Below, piece by piece: positions 1-9,521 of a DNA stretch of 64,000 bases. This DNA is from a virus (lineage: Duplodnaviria; Heunggongvirae; Uroviricota; Caudoviricetes). A model generated the notes under the pieces. It searched no databases, had not been told where the DNA came from, and was given only the letters and a program-made list of their open reading frames with translations. Each line of letters starts with the position of its first letter. The stretch's first letter is position 1. A program made the translations under genes and the position numbers. Location: IMG/VR virus record IMGVR_UViG_3300045988_154997, positions 32,001 through 96,000 of that record; one strand, 5' to 3'.

Positions 1-1929
1 CGTTTTAAAGCTCATTGGCTCAATTCCACCACCTAAATCTTTAAGCAGCTTGCGCATTGGGCCTGATTCAAGCTGGAAAACACCTTGAGTGTACCCAGCA
101 GCAAAACCATCCAGCACCTTGCGATCTTCAAGAGAAATGGCATCAAGATTGATATCCTCACCTGTGTTCTCTTTAATGTAGCGTTTTGCACTATCGAGCA
201 AATCGAGAGTCGCCAGGCCAAGTACGTCCAGCTTAATTAGGCCCATAGCCTCGCAGTAACGCTTGTCAAATGCGATACAACGCGCGTCACCACGTCGTTC
301 AACCGGTGTTCGTTCTGTCAGAGGAACACCTGCTACGATCATCCCTGCCGCATGTCTACCATAGCCACGCATAAGGCTTTGTAACTTGCAGGCTGCATTG
401 AATGCATCAGGATATTTTGTCGCGTATTTGTCGAGGCTTGCCAGTTGTTCGCGCAGCTCTTCCAATGGAAGGCTATCATCCTCGACGTTCTTCAGTTCTT
501 TTGATACCGCCATATCTGCGGACTCCACACCATAAATACGAGCGGTGTCACGTAGTGCAGAGGCCGCGCCCAGGTAGGTGAAGTTCGGAATGCCTGCAAC
601 GTAATCTTCGCCGTAGCGTTCATTCAGATACTCGATCACCTCATGGCGACGTGCCTGGCTGAAGTCCAAGTCCGCATCTGGCAAGTCGAGACGCTCAGGG
701 TTGATGAAACGTTCAAACAGAAGACCGTGACGGATAGGGTCGACGTTGGTTATGCCTATGCACCATGCCACCAAAGAGCCAGCGGAGGAACCACGACCAG
801 GCCCGACAGGAATGCCAGTTTCACGGCTGTGATTCATCAGATCGCGTACCATCAGGAAGTAACCACAAAATCCCAGGCGAGTAAGCGTGTCCATTTCGTA
901 CTTAAGTCGCTCAACATAAACCCTGTTCTCAGAAGCCGGTGGTGTGTAGCCAAACTCTTTTGTGGTAAGACGTTTACGCAGCCCAGCAACGGCCAGTTTC
1001 ATCAGCGTTGCAGGCTCGTCGTCTGCCATCTTTGGCAGTGCTGGTGGCAATTCATGCCAGCGCCATGTGCAGGCATCGATAATGGTATCCTGCGTTGTTG
1101 AGGCCATTGCGGCTGTTACCGGCACATCCATGCGAACGGAGAAGGCTTTCAGCGCCTCAAGGAGATGGCGGCGACCATTGACGGCGTTATCTCGCTGGTG
1201 GGGGATACGCAGACGATGCGGCTGGTCGATTTTGATGTTGTTCGTAACCATGTGCGCAATGTCTTTAATGTCTGCATCGTCGATCGATTCGTAATAAGCG
1301 GGATAGAACGCTACTGGCTCTATTTTCAGTGCGCTGGCGACTTTCATCGCCCGGACGTTAATCTGGTCGTAGAATGGGGTAGGGTGCGGATAAACCACAC
1401 TATAGAAGTTGTTTTTTCCACCCGCTGTAATCAGTGAGCTTATGATTTTTGCAAAATCGTTGCGTTGGTACACGCTACCGATGTCGGCAGTGAGCAGGAT
1501 GATGTTGCCTTTGGCATATGTAGAAACCAACTGTTCGAGCGAGAGACGCGGTACAAAGTAGAACTGTTCTCGTGTGTTGGCCGCCGTCATTAGTTCGCAG
1601 ATGTCTCGATATCCCTGCTCATTTTTAATTAGAGCGGTAAAGGAGTAGTTCCGCCCACGCTCTAATGATTCCATACATCCCATAGACTCTTTAGCAAGTT
1701 TAGCCCGGTGCTCGTATGTGGGATCATCAACAATGTTTAGTTTCACACCACAAATAACCGCCATGTCGTCACCAGCGGCACGTTGTAGTGGAATAACACT
1801 CGCAATATTCATGCTATCTGCCGAAATTACAGCGGTGTAGCCAGCTTCTCTGGCAATCTTCACCGCGTTTTCTGCTTTTAGAGCCGACTCCCCAAGAGAG
1901 AAGTCAGTTCGAACCATCAGAGCCTTCAT
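1..1929 (-). CDS. dnaE: DNA polymerase III alpha subunit (DnaE-like), N-terminal part; gene runs off the window start
   Basis: Minus-strand frame is open from the ATG at 1929 to position 1. Translation starts MKALMVRTDFSLGESALKAENAVKIAREAGY (PHP-domain-like) and contains GFCGYFLMVRDLMNHSRETGIPVGPGRGSSAGSLVAWCIGITNVDPIRHGLLFERFINPER, a classic DnaE core motif. AAAGG RBS lies upstream of 1929. Not in the ORF track because no stop codon falls inside the window. Confidence 0.85.
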   Translation of the reverse strand, partial: MKALMVRTDFSLGESALKAENAVKIAREAGYTAVISADSMNIASVIPLQRAAGDDMAVICGVKLNIVDDPTYEHRAKLAKESMGCMESLERGRNYSFTALIKNEQGYRDICELMTAANTREQFYFVPRLSLEQLVSTYAKGNIILLTADIGSVYQRNDFAKIISSLITAGGKNNFYSVVYPHPTPFYDQINVRAMKVASALKIEPVAFYPAYYESIDDADIKDIAHMVTNNIKIDQPHRLRIPHQRDNAVNGRRHLLEALKAFSVRMDVPVTAAMASTTQDTIIDACTWRWHELPPALPKMADDEPATLMKLAVAGLRKRLTTKEFGYTPPASENRVYVERLKYEMDTLTRLGFCGYFLMVRDLMNHSRETGIPVGPGRGSSAGSLVAWCIGITNVDPIRHGLLFERFINPERLDLPDADLDFSQARRHEVIEYLNERYGEDYVAGIPNFTYLGAASALRDTARIYGVESADMAVSKELKNVEDDSLPLEELREQLASLDKYATKYPDAFNAACKLQSLMRGYGRHAAGMIVAGVPLTERTPVERRGDARCIAFDKRYCEAMGLIKLDVLGLATLDLLDSAKRYIKENTGEDINLDAISLEDRKVLDGFAAGYTQGVFQLESGPMRKLLKDLGGGIEPMSFKT

Positions 1930-2107
1930 GTGTTTTTACCTTTCTGGTTTTTTTGATTTTGTCATTGGGGAAGCCTACGAATTTCCCATACATCGAAATC
2001 GCAACTTCTTTTGCTGATTGGTGACAATCGGGCTTGTCTGGACACACCAGACAAGCCTTGCCAGTTTCAGAAGCAGCGATAAGAGAGCCGAAACATCCTT
2101 TACGCAC
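1904..2107 (-). CDS. small Cys-rich protein (possible zinc ribbon); existence uncertain
   Basis: 67-aa ORF with GTG start 2 nt after the upstream stop; Cys pattern C-x13-C-x2-C-x5-C; 3' end overlaps the dnaE start by 26 nt. Confidence 0.25.
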   Translation of the reverse strand: MRKGCFGSLIAASETGKACLVCPDKPDCHQSAKEVAISMYGKFVGFPNDKIKKTRKVKTHEGSDGSN

Positions 2108-2109
2108 GA

Positions 2110-3345
2110 TTAACCAAATATTTTTTGAACAACTTCACGTGCCGCTTGCGCAGAAGCTGAAGGGAGTTTGTTAATGAAAGAACGCTCAATACCTGTCACA
2201 AAGTCGCCTCGCATCATTCCAATCTTGGCCGACAACAAAAGTTCACGAGGGCCAATCGGCTGACTGATCAGGTGTTCTTCGTATCCATCGCGAACGATAC
2301 CGGCAAACTTAACCATCTTTTCAGCGTATTCATCCACGATGCCAGCATTTATCAACATGTTGATCTCTGCCTCTTTGCTCATGTATTTCACATTCGAAAC
2401 GATGCCAAAACGCGAAAAGTTAGCGGCGTTCTGGATGTTTGTACCCTGGTACAAGCCGGTTTCATCACCAGATCCGTTCGTGTTGCCAGTGCCAATGAAA
2501 GCAAACCGTTCATGCGGAGTAATGCGACGCCATTCTTGAGTCGCCTCTTTGATGACCAACGCTTCACCTTCCAGCACTGGCTGATACACGCCAAGAATCT
2601 GTGGAAACGCAAAGTCGTATTCATCCGCGAGGTAAACCCAGCCATGCTTCATTGCGAGCGCAAGCAAGCCAGGCTCGAAATACGTAGAGCCATCACGCGC
2701 CAGAATTTGTCCCGTAACATGAGCCTCTTCCATTGATGCTGTATGTTGGGCACGGATTAACGGACGATTGAGCAAAGCACATAGTTGTGTAGGCAATGAA
2801 GATTTGCCTGTTCCTGCATGACCCCACAAATAGCCTGGTATGCCAAGTTCAAGCATCATGAAAATGTCTTTGATCAGTTCGAAGTCGCCATATACGTATC
2901 CCTTCTTCACTTCTGGAACGAACTCTGGAAACGGCGTATTGACGTTGACGCTAACCATGAGCGGCGTCCCACGTTTTGTTCCGAGTTCTTTCACCGTTAC
3001 ATTTAGCAGTTCGTGAGCTGCGACCAGATCTGTCTTGTACTCAACTGTGCCTGTATAGCCTGGGCTATTGGTCACGCCAGATGATTTGGCCATTTCGCTT
3101 ATTTGCTCGGCACGTTTAGCTTGAATTGCATCAAGTGCCTTTTTCGATAGCGTTGGCTCATCTGGAAACTGCGTTGTGTACATTTTCAGTACGGTGTCAG
3201 GATCGGCATCTTTTACTGACTCAGGAATGCCCTCGCAATTACCATTGGCTACATGGGACTTAAAATAGTGAAATGATTTTCCGCACCACTTGCAAACAAG
3301 GTAATCAGAAGGATTTTTTTCATTTTGCAGTGCAGTAGTAGTCAT
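2110..3345 (-). CDS. AAA+ ATPase, CobS/MoxR-like
   Basis: Walker A GHAGTGKS and Walker B VYLADEYD in a 411-aa protein, immediately downstream of a VWA-domain partner (CobS/CobT-like pairing). Confidence 0.7.
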   Translation of the reverse strand: MTTTALQNEKNPSDYLVCKWCGKSFHYFKSHVANGNCEGIPESVKDADPDTVLKMYTTQFPDEPTLSKKALDAIQAKRAEQISEMAKSSGVTNSPGYTGTVEYKTDLVAAHELLNVTVKELGTKRGTPLMVSVNVNTPFPEFVPEVKKGYVYGDFELIKDIFMMLELGIPGYLWGHAGTGKSSLPTQLCALLNRPLIRAQHTASMEEAHVTGQILARDGSTYFEPGLLALAMKHGWVYLADEYDFAFPQILGVYQPVLEGEALVIKEATQEWRRITPHERFAFIGTGNTNGSGDETGLYQGTNIQNAANFSRFGIVSNVKYMSKEAEINMLINAGIVDEYAEKMVKFAGIVRDGYEEHLISQPIGPRELLLSAKIGMMRGDFVTGIERSFINKLPSASAQAAREVVQKIFG

Positions 3346-3440
3346 GCGTTTTTCCTTTGTTTTCTAATGAGCTTTCAACTTCTTATATAAATATACCATC
3401 AAATATCGTAAGTGATTACTTATCATTAAGGCTATTCTAA

Positions 3441-5549
3441 TCACTTCAAAATGATACGAGATAGTTCAGTAACTACAGATGAACCAAGACTATCAACGCT
3501 CGTTACCAGGGCATGGTTTGCGTAAAATCTCTCCGGTGCGTCAGTCATGATGCCAATTGCCATCAAATCAATGTCAGTCTGCGTTTCAATTTGCTTCGCA
3601 ACCGAACGCAAATGAGCGTCAAAACCTCTCCCAACAGCCCACGGCGCGCCATCGCTTAGAACAAGCATGATCTTCTTGTCCTCCATGCGACCAGAAAATA
3701 ACGATGCAAGGCTGGCTATGCTTTCACCATCCACGTTATTAAGAAGTGGGAATGTGTAGCCTACGCACCCCATACGTGAGCGAACTTCGCGAGAATTGGC
3801 CTTTTCATTCCAATTTTTGATGATAGGTAGCATTAAAGATTCAAAGCGAGAGAACTCATACTTGATTGCCTTAAGCTCTCCTGCTGCCATATGACTACCA
3901 AATGTTGTGAAGCCGGTGATAATGTTGGGAACATTTATTCGATCAAGCGCATCGGCGATGGTATATGCACTTGCAAGAGCCAGTTTAATCGTTTCGCCGC
4001 TCATTGAACCTGATAAATCAATCACTTGTTGAACACAGGCGTTAACGGCCTTAGATTCTTCTTTTTTACGAAACACGCGATCATCATTCATTGCTAATCT
4101 GTAGATACTAGAACCATGAATGCGCCCCCGACGCTGGCCCGGTATAAACTGAACTCTGTTTCTGCTTGCAATTGCACGCTCCAGGTCTTTTGCCAGCGTC
4201 GACGAAACACCTGACGAAAGATGCTTTTCAATATATTTGTCGAAGAGTTGGTTGCCTTCAGGAACGATGCGATAACGGCTGATTGGATATCCACCTAAAT
4301 CAATATCGGAGAATGTTTTAATAAGCCGTTTGATATGGGCTTCTGCCTGATCAATCGAACCGATGAAGTCGTATGAGCGATTGTATGGCCTGTATTCGCT
4401 TTTCGAGCTTTCTGTTAACTCGCTTTTAATCGTTTCGGATAGTGCATCTTCTGTCATGCCTCCGACTTCATCTTCCATGCTATCAAGCTCCTCTAAAGCC
4501 TCTTCCAGACTCATTTTGGACGGAGTGGGAATGTCTGAAGAGCCGTCTTCTGCCGTTTTTCTTTTTTCGTGATCCGAGGTAGTTGCTTCTGTCGTCGCGC
4601 TATTGGAAGTATCAGAATCTAATACCTCTTTATCATTTTTTGTATCATCGAATATTGTTTCTGATGATTCAGAATTATCTGAATCATCACTATCGTTATT
4701 ATCATGTATGTACTTACCTTGTGACTCATCATCTATAGATATGTGGTTATCTAGCATCTCATGTGTCTTGTGATCTTCATTGTCTTCATTACTTTCTCCA
4801 GAGGAATCCGCTTGGTCAGCGTCTGAAGGATCGGGAGTTTTTCCCGGAGCTGACTCCTTACCTTTGCTTTCACTTTCAGTGTCTTTGAGGATCTTAGCTA
4901 TGGTCGCAGCCACCTTTACACAATCCTCGGTGCAGGACATGTTACGCGCGGCCACATCGATACCATGTTTTTTTAATAATGAAATTGGTTTCTCAATGAC
5001 AGGCCAGTATTCATCCATGAAATCTACGAACGGTGCTTGGCCATCCCAGGCTCTTACAACCGGACAGAGAAAGAAGTTTAGAAAAAGCGCGCGCTGATCT
5101 TTGCCACAATAAGCAATAGCCTCTGAAGCCTTTGGTTTAAAGACTTTTTCGATTATAAGGCGCTGAGTTGCCATCAGATTACGTCTTGTTCCGTTAAAGA
5201 CCTGACCCATTTTTCGCTCGATGAACACGTCTTCTAAGGCATTCCATAGCGACCAGGAAGGAACGCGTCCTTTTTCTCTCATTTTGTTGGACACACGAAT
5301 ATCGGTAAACAAAATGTGAGCAACCTCATGATCGAGAAATCCGCGCACAGCATTCATCAATGCCGGTGTTGCGTTATCCGGGATTGATGGGATGTTTACG
5401 AGAATTGGCTCTCCATCATCGTTATAGCGTACATAAGCGTCGTCCCCTCGTTCTGCAACAGGGATGTTTTTACCTGAAAGGAGAGCGACTACTCGTTTTA
5501 CACTGTCACGGAAGTCCTGAACCTCTTTGATGGAACGTTTTTTAGACAT
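3441..5549 (-). CDS. von Willebrand factor A domain protein, CobT-like partner of the AAA+ ATPase
   Basis: MIDAS-like motif VIDLSGSMSGE near the C-terminal third; long acidic Asp/Ser/Glu-rich low-complexity linker; 702 aa. Confidence 0.65.
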   Translation of the reverse strand: MSKKRSIKEVQDFRDSVKRVVALLSGKNIPVAERGDDAYVRYNDDGEPILVNIPSIPDNATPALMNAVRGFLDHEVAHILFTDIRVSNKMREKGRVPSWSLWNALEDVFIERKMGQVFNGTRRNLMATQRLIIEKVFKPKASEAIAYCGKDQRALFLNFFLCPVVRAWDGQAPFVDFMDEYWPVIEKPISLLKKHGIDVAARNMSCTEDCVKVAATIAKILKDTESESKGKESAPGKTPDPSDADQADSSGESNEDNEDHKTHEMLDNHISIDDESQGKYIHDNNDSDDSDNSESSETIFDDTKNDKEVLDSDTSNSATTEATTSDHEKRKTAEDGSSDIPTPSKMSLEEALEELDSMEDEVGGMTEDALSETIKSELTESSKSEYRPYNRSYDFIGSIDQAEAHIKRLIKTFSDIDLGGYPISRYRIVPEGNQLFDKYIEKHLSSGVSSTLAKDLERAIASRNRVQFIPGQRRGRIHGSSIYRLAMNDDRVFRKKEESKAVNACVQQVIDLSGSMSGETIKLALASAYTIADALDRINVPNIITGFTTFGSHMAAGELKAIKYEFSRFESLMLPIIKNWNEKANSREVRSRMGCVGYTFPLLNNVDGESIASLASLFSGRMEDKKIMLVLSDGAPWAVGRGFDAHLRSVAKQIETQTDIDLMAIGIMTDAPERFYANHALVTSVDSLGSSVVTELSRIILK

Positions 5550-5647
5550 GGCTAATCCTTTGTTATGAAAACAAATTATTTACTAGTGTGTTTAATGTAG
5601 CACTGCGCGAACAGGGAACTAAGCCATTCGCGCAGGGAGAAGAGGGG

Positions 5648-5860
5648 TTAACAGATTCTGACGGCTAAAGACCCGGAGCCGGTATTGAGAAGCGTGAAGC
5701 GTTTGTTGTTAAGTTCGAATATAAAGCCAGTGGTGTCATTCACACCAACCTGAATCTGCTCATTCGGTAGATCGGTAAGGATGTCTGTTACACACTCAAC
5801 AGCTAATTTTTGTACGTGTCCGATCTCAAGAGCGATTAGGCTGGAAATAGTGGTGTTCAT
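5648..5860 (-). CDS. hypothetical protein (70 aa)
   Basis: ORF only; no recognisable motif. Confidence 0.25.
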   Translation of the reverse strand: MNTTISSLIALEIGHVQKLAVECVTDILTDLPNEQIQVGVNDTTGFIFELNNKRFTLLNTGSGSLAVRIC

Positions 5861-6066
5861 TCAATCAATCCATTCTAACTTATACTATGGTAAGGAATAC
5901 TACTAAAATTTGTATCAATACTGAATACATTCATATCATATGCAAGTTACTTTTCTTACCTATTTTGGGCTAATTTTTCTCCGTGCAATGGCCTTTAACC
6001 GGTCTTTTAAGTGCCTATCGAAAAAAATGATAATAGCTTTACAACCCTAACCTTTGATGTAATATC

Positions 6067-6080
6067 GGTAAGCACTTACC
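6067..6080. promoter_or_regulatory. perfect 14-bp palindrome GGTAAGCACTTACC, candidate operator upstream of the HTH gene
   Basis: Read directly; lies about 32 nt upstream of the ATG at 6112; same core as the recurrent intergenic motif. Confidence 0.5.
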
Positions 6081-6111
6081 AGAGAGAATTGAACGCGCAA
6101 AGGTTGTGACC

Positions 6112-6498
6112 ATGTCTGATAACAAGATTGAATTTATAGAAAGTCGCTACGCTGCTTTTATCGCAGGGTTGATTGAATCCTCACCTATGAGCCAGGCCCA
6201 GATAGCCAAAACAATTGGGTATAAAAACGCCAACAACCTTTCTTTAATTAAAAGCGGCAAAATTCCTTTGCCTATCGATAAGGTTCGTCCGCTGGCGCTG
6301 GCACTGGGTATTGAGCCAAGTCGTCTTATGATGATGGTGCTGGAAGAACGCCAACCCGAACTCGCAGCATTTTTATACAAAGAAGGCACTGCTCCTCTTA
6401 ACGAGGACGAAAAACAGGTTCTTGCTGCATATAACGAGCGATTCGGTAAAGAGAAAGGCGCATCACAAAAGGTTGTTGAGGCCATAAAGTCTCTATGA
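6112..6498 (+). CDS. HTH (Cro/CI-type) DNA-binding protein
   Basis: SQAQIAKTIGYKNANNLSLIKSGK resembles an XRE-type helix-turn-helix; ATG at 6112 with AAGG RBS preferred over the track's GTG at 6106. Confidence 0.5.
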   Translation: MSDNKIEFIESRYAAFIAGLIESSPMSQAQIAKTIGYKNANNLSLIKSGKIPLPIDKVRPLALALGIEPSRLMMMVLEERQPELAAFLYKEGTAPLNEDEKQVLAAYNERFGKEKGASQKVVEAIKSL

Positions 6499-7596
6499 AA
6501 AATTTACACGAATAAGCTCTGTTGATAGACGATCTCCCTTAAATTTGTGGTCAATTTCGTCTAAATCCGGTTGCTCTACGATTGATGCGATGTACGTCGA
6601 GAAACTTTCTAAGGCGTCTCGCATCTCGTCCATATAATCGTGCCGGTCGTAGACCCGATCTATCCCCTCAAGACTGTGGTTCATGATTTTACGTGATACC
6701 TCCTGGCTTATGCCTAATGCTGGGAAGTAACTACGCGCAGTACGGCGCAAATCTCGGGGTGTAAATGGCTCAAGCTCCATCAGTTCTGGTCGTTCCAGAA
6801 TACGACGTAATGCCTGGGCTATTGCCACTTTAGACATAGGAAGGTCTTTCCCGATTTTTTTATTCGAAGGCACGAGCCACTGGCTGTCTTTACCATATTC
6901 GAACAACTCTTCAATACATGTGCGCATTAATGAGCTTAAAGGCAGAGAATGCTCACGGGCAGATTTGTTCCTCTTGCCTTGATTCCAAACCCCACGCTTA
7001 AGATTGAACTCACTTTTTTTAGCCCGCAGTACTTCGTCAGGTCGTCTTGCGGATACAAGACATAGCCTGGCCGCCCATTTTGTACCAGCACACACATTGA
7101 AGTAGTCCCATATATTCCAGAACACCCATACCTCTGCGTCGGTCAGCTTCCGCTCGCGAGGTGTGGGCTTTGCGCCACCGGCAACTTTGTTAAGTGACAT
7201 ATCGTTTAACGGTGACACGTCGATCATCCCCTGGAAGGCGCACCAGCTGAGGAACTGCTTCATCAGAGAGAAAACGCGGCGACCCATAACAATTTTGCCA
7301 TCCAGTATTAGTGGGTTGACCAGTTGGTTCACCATGAACCTATTAATATCACTTACTTTTACATCGGCAATGTGCGGCAAAACATGTATCAAAATACAAT
7401 GAACAGCGATCTCTGGCCGACGTCTTGTTATCAGCAGAGATAAGCGAGTGAATAACATGAATGCGTCCGAGAATCTCATGTCATTGCTGACCTGGGAGAT
7501 CATAACGGCCTGCATTTGAGATGCTCTTTCGAGATACTCAATCGCCTCTTTTGAGGTGTTCTCCGCAGCGCGTGCTCTGTCAAAGCTATTTTTCAT
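6493..7596 (-). CDS. int: tyrosine site-specific recombinase (integrase/resolvase family)
   Basis: C-terminal catalytic signature DLRRTARS ... NHSLEGIDRVYDRHDY (R..T.R / H / R..Y pattern of tyrosine recombinases); 367 aa. Confidence 0.75.
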   Translation of the reverse strand: MKNSFDRARAAENTSKEAIEYLERASQMQAVMISQVSNDMRFSDAFMLFTRLSLLITRRRPEIAVHCILIHVLPHIADVKVSDINRFMVNQLVNPLILDGKIVMGRRVFSLMKQFLSWCAFQGMIDVSPLNDMSLNKVAGGAKPTPRERKLTDAEVWVFWNIWDYFNVCAGTKWAARLCLVSARRPDEVLRAKKSEFNLKRGVWNQGKRNKSAREHSLPLSSLMRTCIEELFEYGKDSQWLVPSNKKIGKDLPMSKVAIAQALRRILERPELMELEPFTPRDLRRTARSYFPALGISQEVSRKIMNHSLEGIDRVYDRHDYMDEMRDALESFSTYIASIVEQPDLDEIDHKFKGDRLSTELIRVNFS

Positions 7597-7694
7597 ATGA
7601 CAATCACCGAGTTACGCCGATGCACTGTATAAGTAAACAGTATATTAGGCATAGATTCTTATAGGATCAAGAGTAAAAGTAACTCATTTTCAGT

Positions 7695-7727
7695 AATGAT
7701 TCCATACATAGTAGGTATGGAATCATT
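7695..7727. repeat. lox/dif-like recombination core candidate: 13-bp inverted repeats around a 7-bp spacer
   Basis: AATGATTCCATAC-atagtag-GTATGGAATCATT, perfect arms, about 100 bp from the recombinase start codon. Confidence 0.5.
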
Positions 7728-7804
7728 GGGGGGCGATTTTTTTGAATCTATCTTTTCGAACGGAGGGGTTGGCTTCACTTTTATCTTCATCACCTAAAAG
7801 GTAA

Positions 7805-8794
7805 TTGATTTACTTGAAAATGGCTGGTTTTATAGTATTGTCATGCGATCGCTGCAACAGGATAAGAAAAATGATAAAAGAGACACCGGAAGTCAACACG
7901 CTATCTGAGTTATTAGGGGCTACGCCTCCCAAACCTCAGCTAGTAGTGACGACTAAAGGTATTGATTTAGGTCTGGATATCTCCCTCGGAGATTGGAATA
8001 ACTCTTCATTATTATCACGACCTTCAGCTTTGTTAGCAATTGAGCATGGGGAAAATTTATTTGAACTCATGGATAAAGAGTTAGGTCTTGTTGGTATTAA
8101 TGAAGAAGGAGTGATCAAGTCAAACATCATTATCGAACTAGATCCCCATAAAACAACTATGAGAATATTAGGTAAAATTGCGGAAGCACTCATTGTTGAA
8201 GAATGTGAAAAAAACGCGAAACAAAATGAAAACTGGGCATTATTAGCAAAGAGATATACCCCTTTCACAGATAGTTTGTCTAATTATAAAGCTGTTGGGA
8301 CTGGACTCAACTATACGAAAATTAACTATCCTACTAAATATCAACCTAATGATACTCAACGGGACATTGTGTGGATAGACAAACGAGACCCACTTTCTCA
8401 ATTACTTATTTCTGCTCCAACGTCGAATTCAGGTATACAGGCTGGAATTCAAGTGAAGGTCAGTGCAAATGGTCTTAACTATCTATCACCAATGGATTTT
8501 TCTAGCAGAAGATATGAGGTCCCTATTGTTTACTTTGATTTAAATAATGATTTTTTTGAAATTCAGATGAAGATAGTGAACTCAGGAATTGATTCGGTTT
8601 ATGGAATGGATTATCACCGTGGTAGAAACATTTCTCCTGAAATACATGAAAAACTATGTGCATATTATAACCTTATATACTCCATTATCATTGGTGATAT
8701 GAAATTAGAGGCTCTGTTACTAAATGAAGAGGCACTGAAAGGGTATGTGACTGAGATTAAAGATAGACAAGGTAAAAGAATAATCGTGACGTGA
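7805..8794 (+). CDS. hypothetical protein (329 aa), AT-rich cargo gene
   Basis: Long ORF in a roughly 35-38% GC segment; no recognisable motif; true start may be an internal Met. Confidence 0.5.
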   Translation: MIYLKMAGFIVLSCDRCNRIRKMIKETPEVNTLSELLGATPPKPQLVVTTKGIDLGLDISLGDWNNSSLLSRPSALLAIEHGENLFELMDKELGLVGINEEGVIKSNIIIELDPHKTTMRILGKIAEALIVEECEKNAKQNENWALLAKRYTPFTDSLSNYKAVGTGLNYTKINYPTKYQPNDTQRDIVWIDKRDPLSQLLISAPTSNSGIQAGIQVKVSANGLNYLSPMDFSSRRYEVPIVYFDLNNDFFEIQMKIVNSGIDSVYGMDYHRGRNISPEIHEKLCAYYNLIYSIIIGDMKLEALLLNEEALKGYVTEIKDRQGKRIIVT

Positions 8795-8986
8795 AAACCT
8801 AAACTGTAAAGGCAACAAAAGGTGAAATAATAACTCATTAAAAGCACATTGTGTGAAATTTTAATCTGATAATTCATATATCGGAAGGGATTTTAGATAT
8901 TTTTAATATTTATAACTGTCCTTTTCATAGATATAGTTGATTTGAGCGCACACTTTCATGTAAAAAGCCGCCTAAGCGGCTCTTAA

Positions 8987-9232
8987 TTATAATGTACTCA
9001 CCAGAGCGGCGAATTCCGTATAGCCACCGATAGATTCGCCATTTACGAACACCTGCGGTATGGTCTCCACCGGCTTGCCAACCAGGGCGCTCAATTTCTC
9101 TTTGTCTATCCCAGCAGACACAATATCGATGTATTCGTAATCGCCAAAACCGTGACCGTGAAGCTGCTTCGCCAGCTCGACCGCACGTTTGCAGTATGAG
9201 CAGTTATCTCGTCCATAGATAGTGATCGTCAT
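8987..9232 (-). CDS. glutaredoxin-like protein
   Basis: 81 aa; N-terminal MTITIYGRDNCSYCKRA with a CxxC redox motif (CSYC) and overall glutaredoxin/NrdH-like layout. Confidence 0.75.
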   Translation of the reverse strand: MTITIYGRDNCSYCKRAVELAKQLHGHGFGDYEYIDIVSAGIDKEKLSALVGKPVETIPQVFVNGESIGGYTEFAALVSTL

Positions 9233-9372
9233 TGCTTTGCCTCGTTATGCGCTTCGCTGGGGAACGTGTAGCGGTTAGTGAAAGAGCTGAGGTGGTAGTG
9301 CTCGTGAATGTATGGATTTGACTTCTGCACCTGACGAGATGCGCGACGCGCATGTTTACATTTATTTCCCAT
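9229..9372 (-). CDS. small hypothetical protein (47 aa), translationally coupled to the glutaredoxin gene
   Basis: Internal ATG at 9372 preceded by GAAAGGA RBS; stop overlaps the glutaredoxin start (ATGA). The longer track ORF would start inside the conserved intergenic motif. Confidence 0.3.
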   Translation of the reverse strand: MGNKCKHARRASRQVQKSNPYIHEHYHLSSFTNRYTFPSEAHNEAKQ

Positions 9373-9428
9373 ATTGAGTCCTTTCAAGTGAGTATCCGAA
9401 AGAACTATACAGTTAACGTGCGTAAAAA

Positions 9429-9448
9429 GTAAGTGCTTACCTATCATT
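9429..9448. promoter_or_regulatory. recurrent intergenic motif GTAAGTGCTTACCTATCATT (palindromic core GTAAG-TG-CTTAC)
   Basis: Exact 13-mer CTTACCTATCATT also at 15558-15570 and 27927-27939; sits in the divergent region between the glutaredoxin operon and the 273-aa gene. Confidence 0.5.
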
Positions 9449-9521
9449 TATTGATAGAAGAATAGCCGCCTGTCGTGTGATACTATTTACAGAACTAAAC
9501 TGGCTTTCCACAAGGTGTAAA

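Noticed and set aside
643-1437. Plus-strand ORFs 643-1101, 962-1294 and 1165-1437, and minus-strand ORF 33-221
   Set aside because: All overlap the continuous minus-strand dnaE frame, whose translation contains unmistakable DnaE motifs; they are antisense or shadow ORFs.
2272-3006. Plus-strand and alternative-frame ORFs inside the CobS-like gene (2272-2736, 2339-2539, 2388-2645, 2818-3006)
   Set aside because: They overlap a longer minus-strand ORF carrying clear Walker A/B motifs and have no independent support.
9229-9447. Full-length 72-aa ORF starting MIGKHLLF as the real gene upstream of the glutaredoxin gene
   Set aside because: Its first codons are the conserved intergenic motif ATGATAGGTAAG that recurs in other leaders; an internal ATG with a proper RBS at 9372 is the more plausible start, so the long form was replaced by a 47-aa model.
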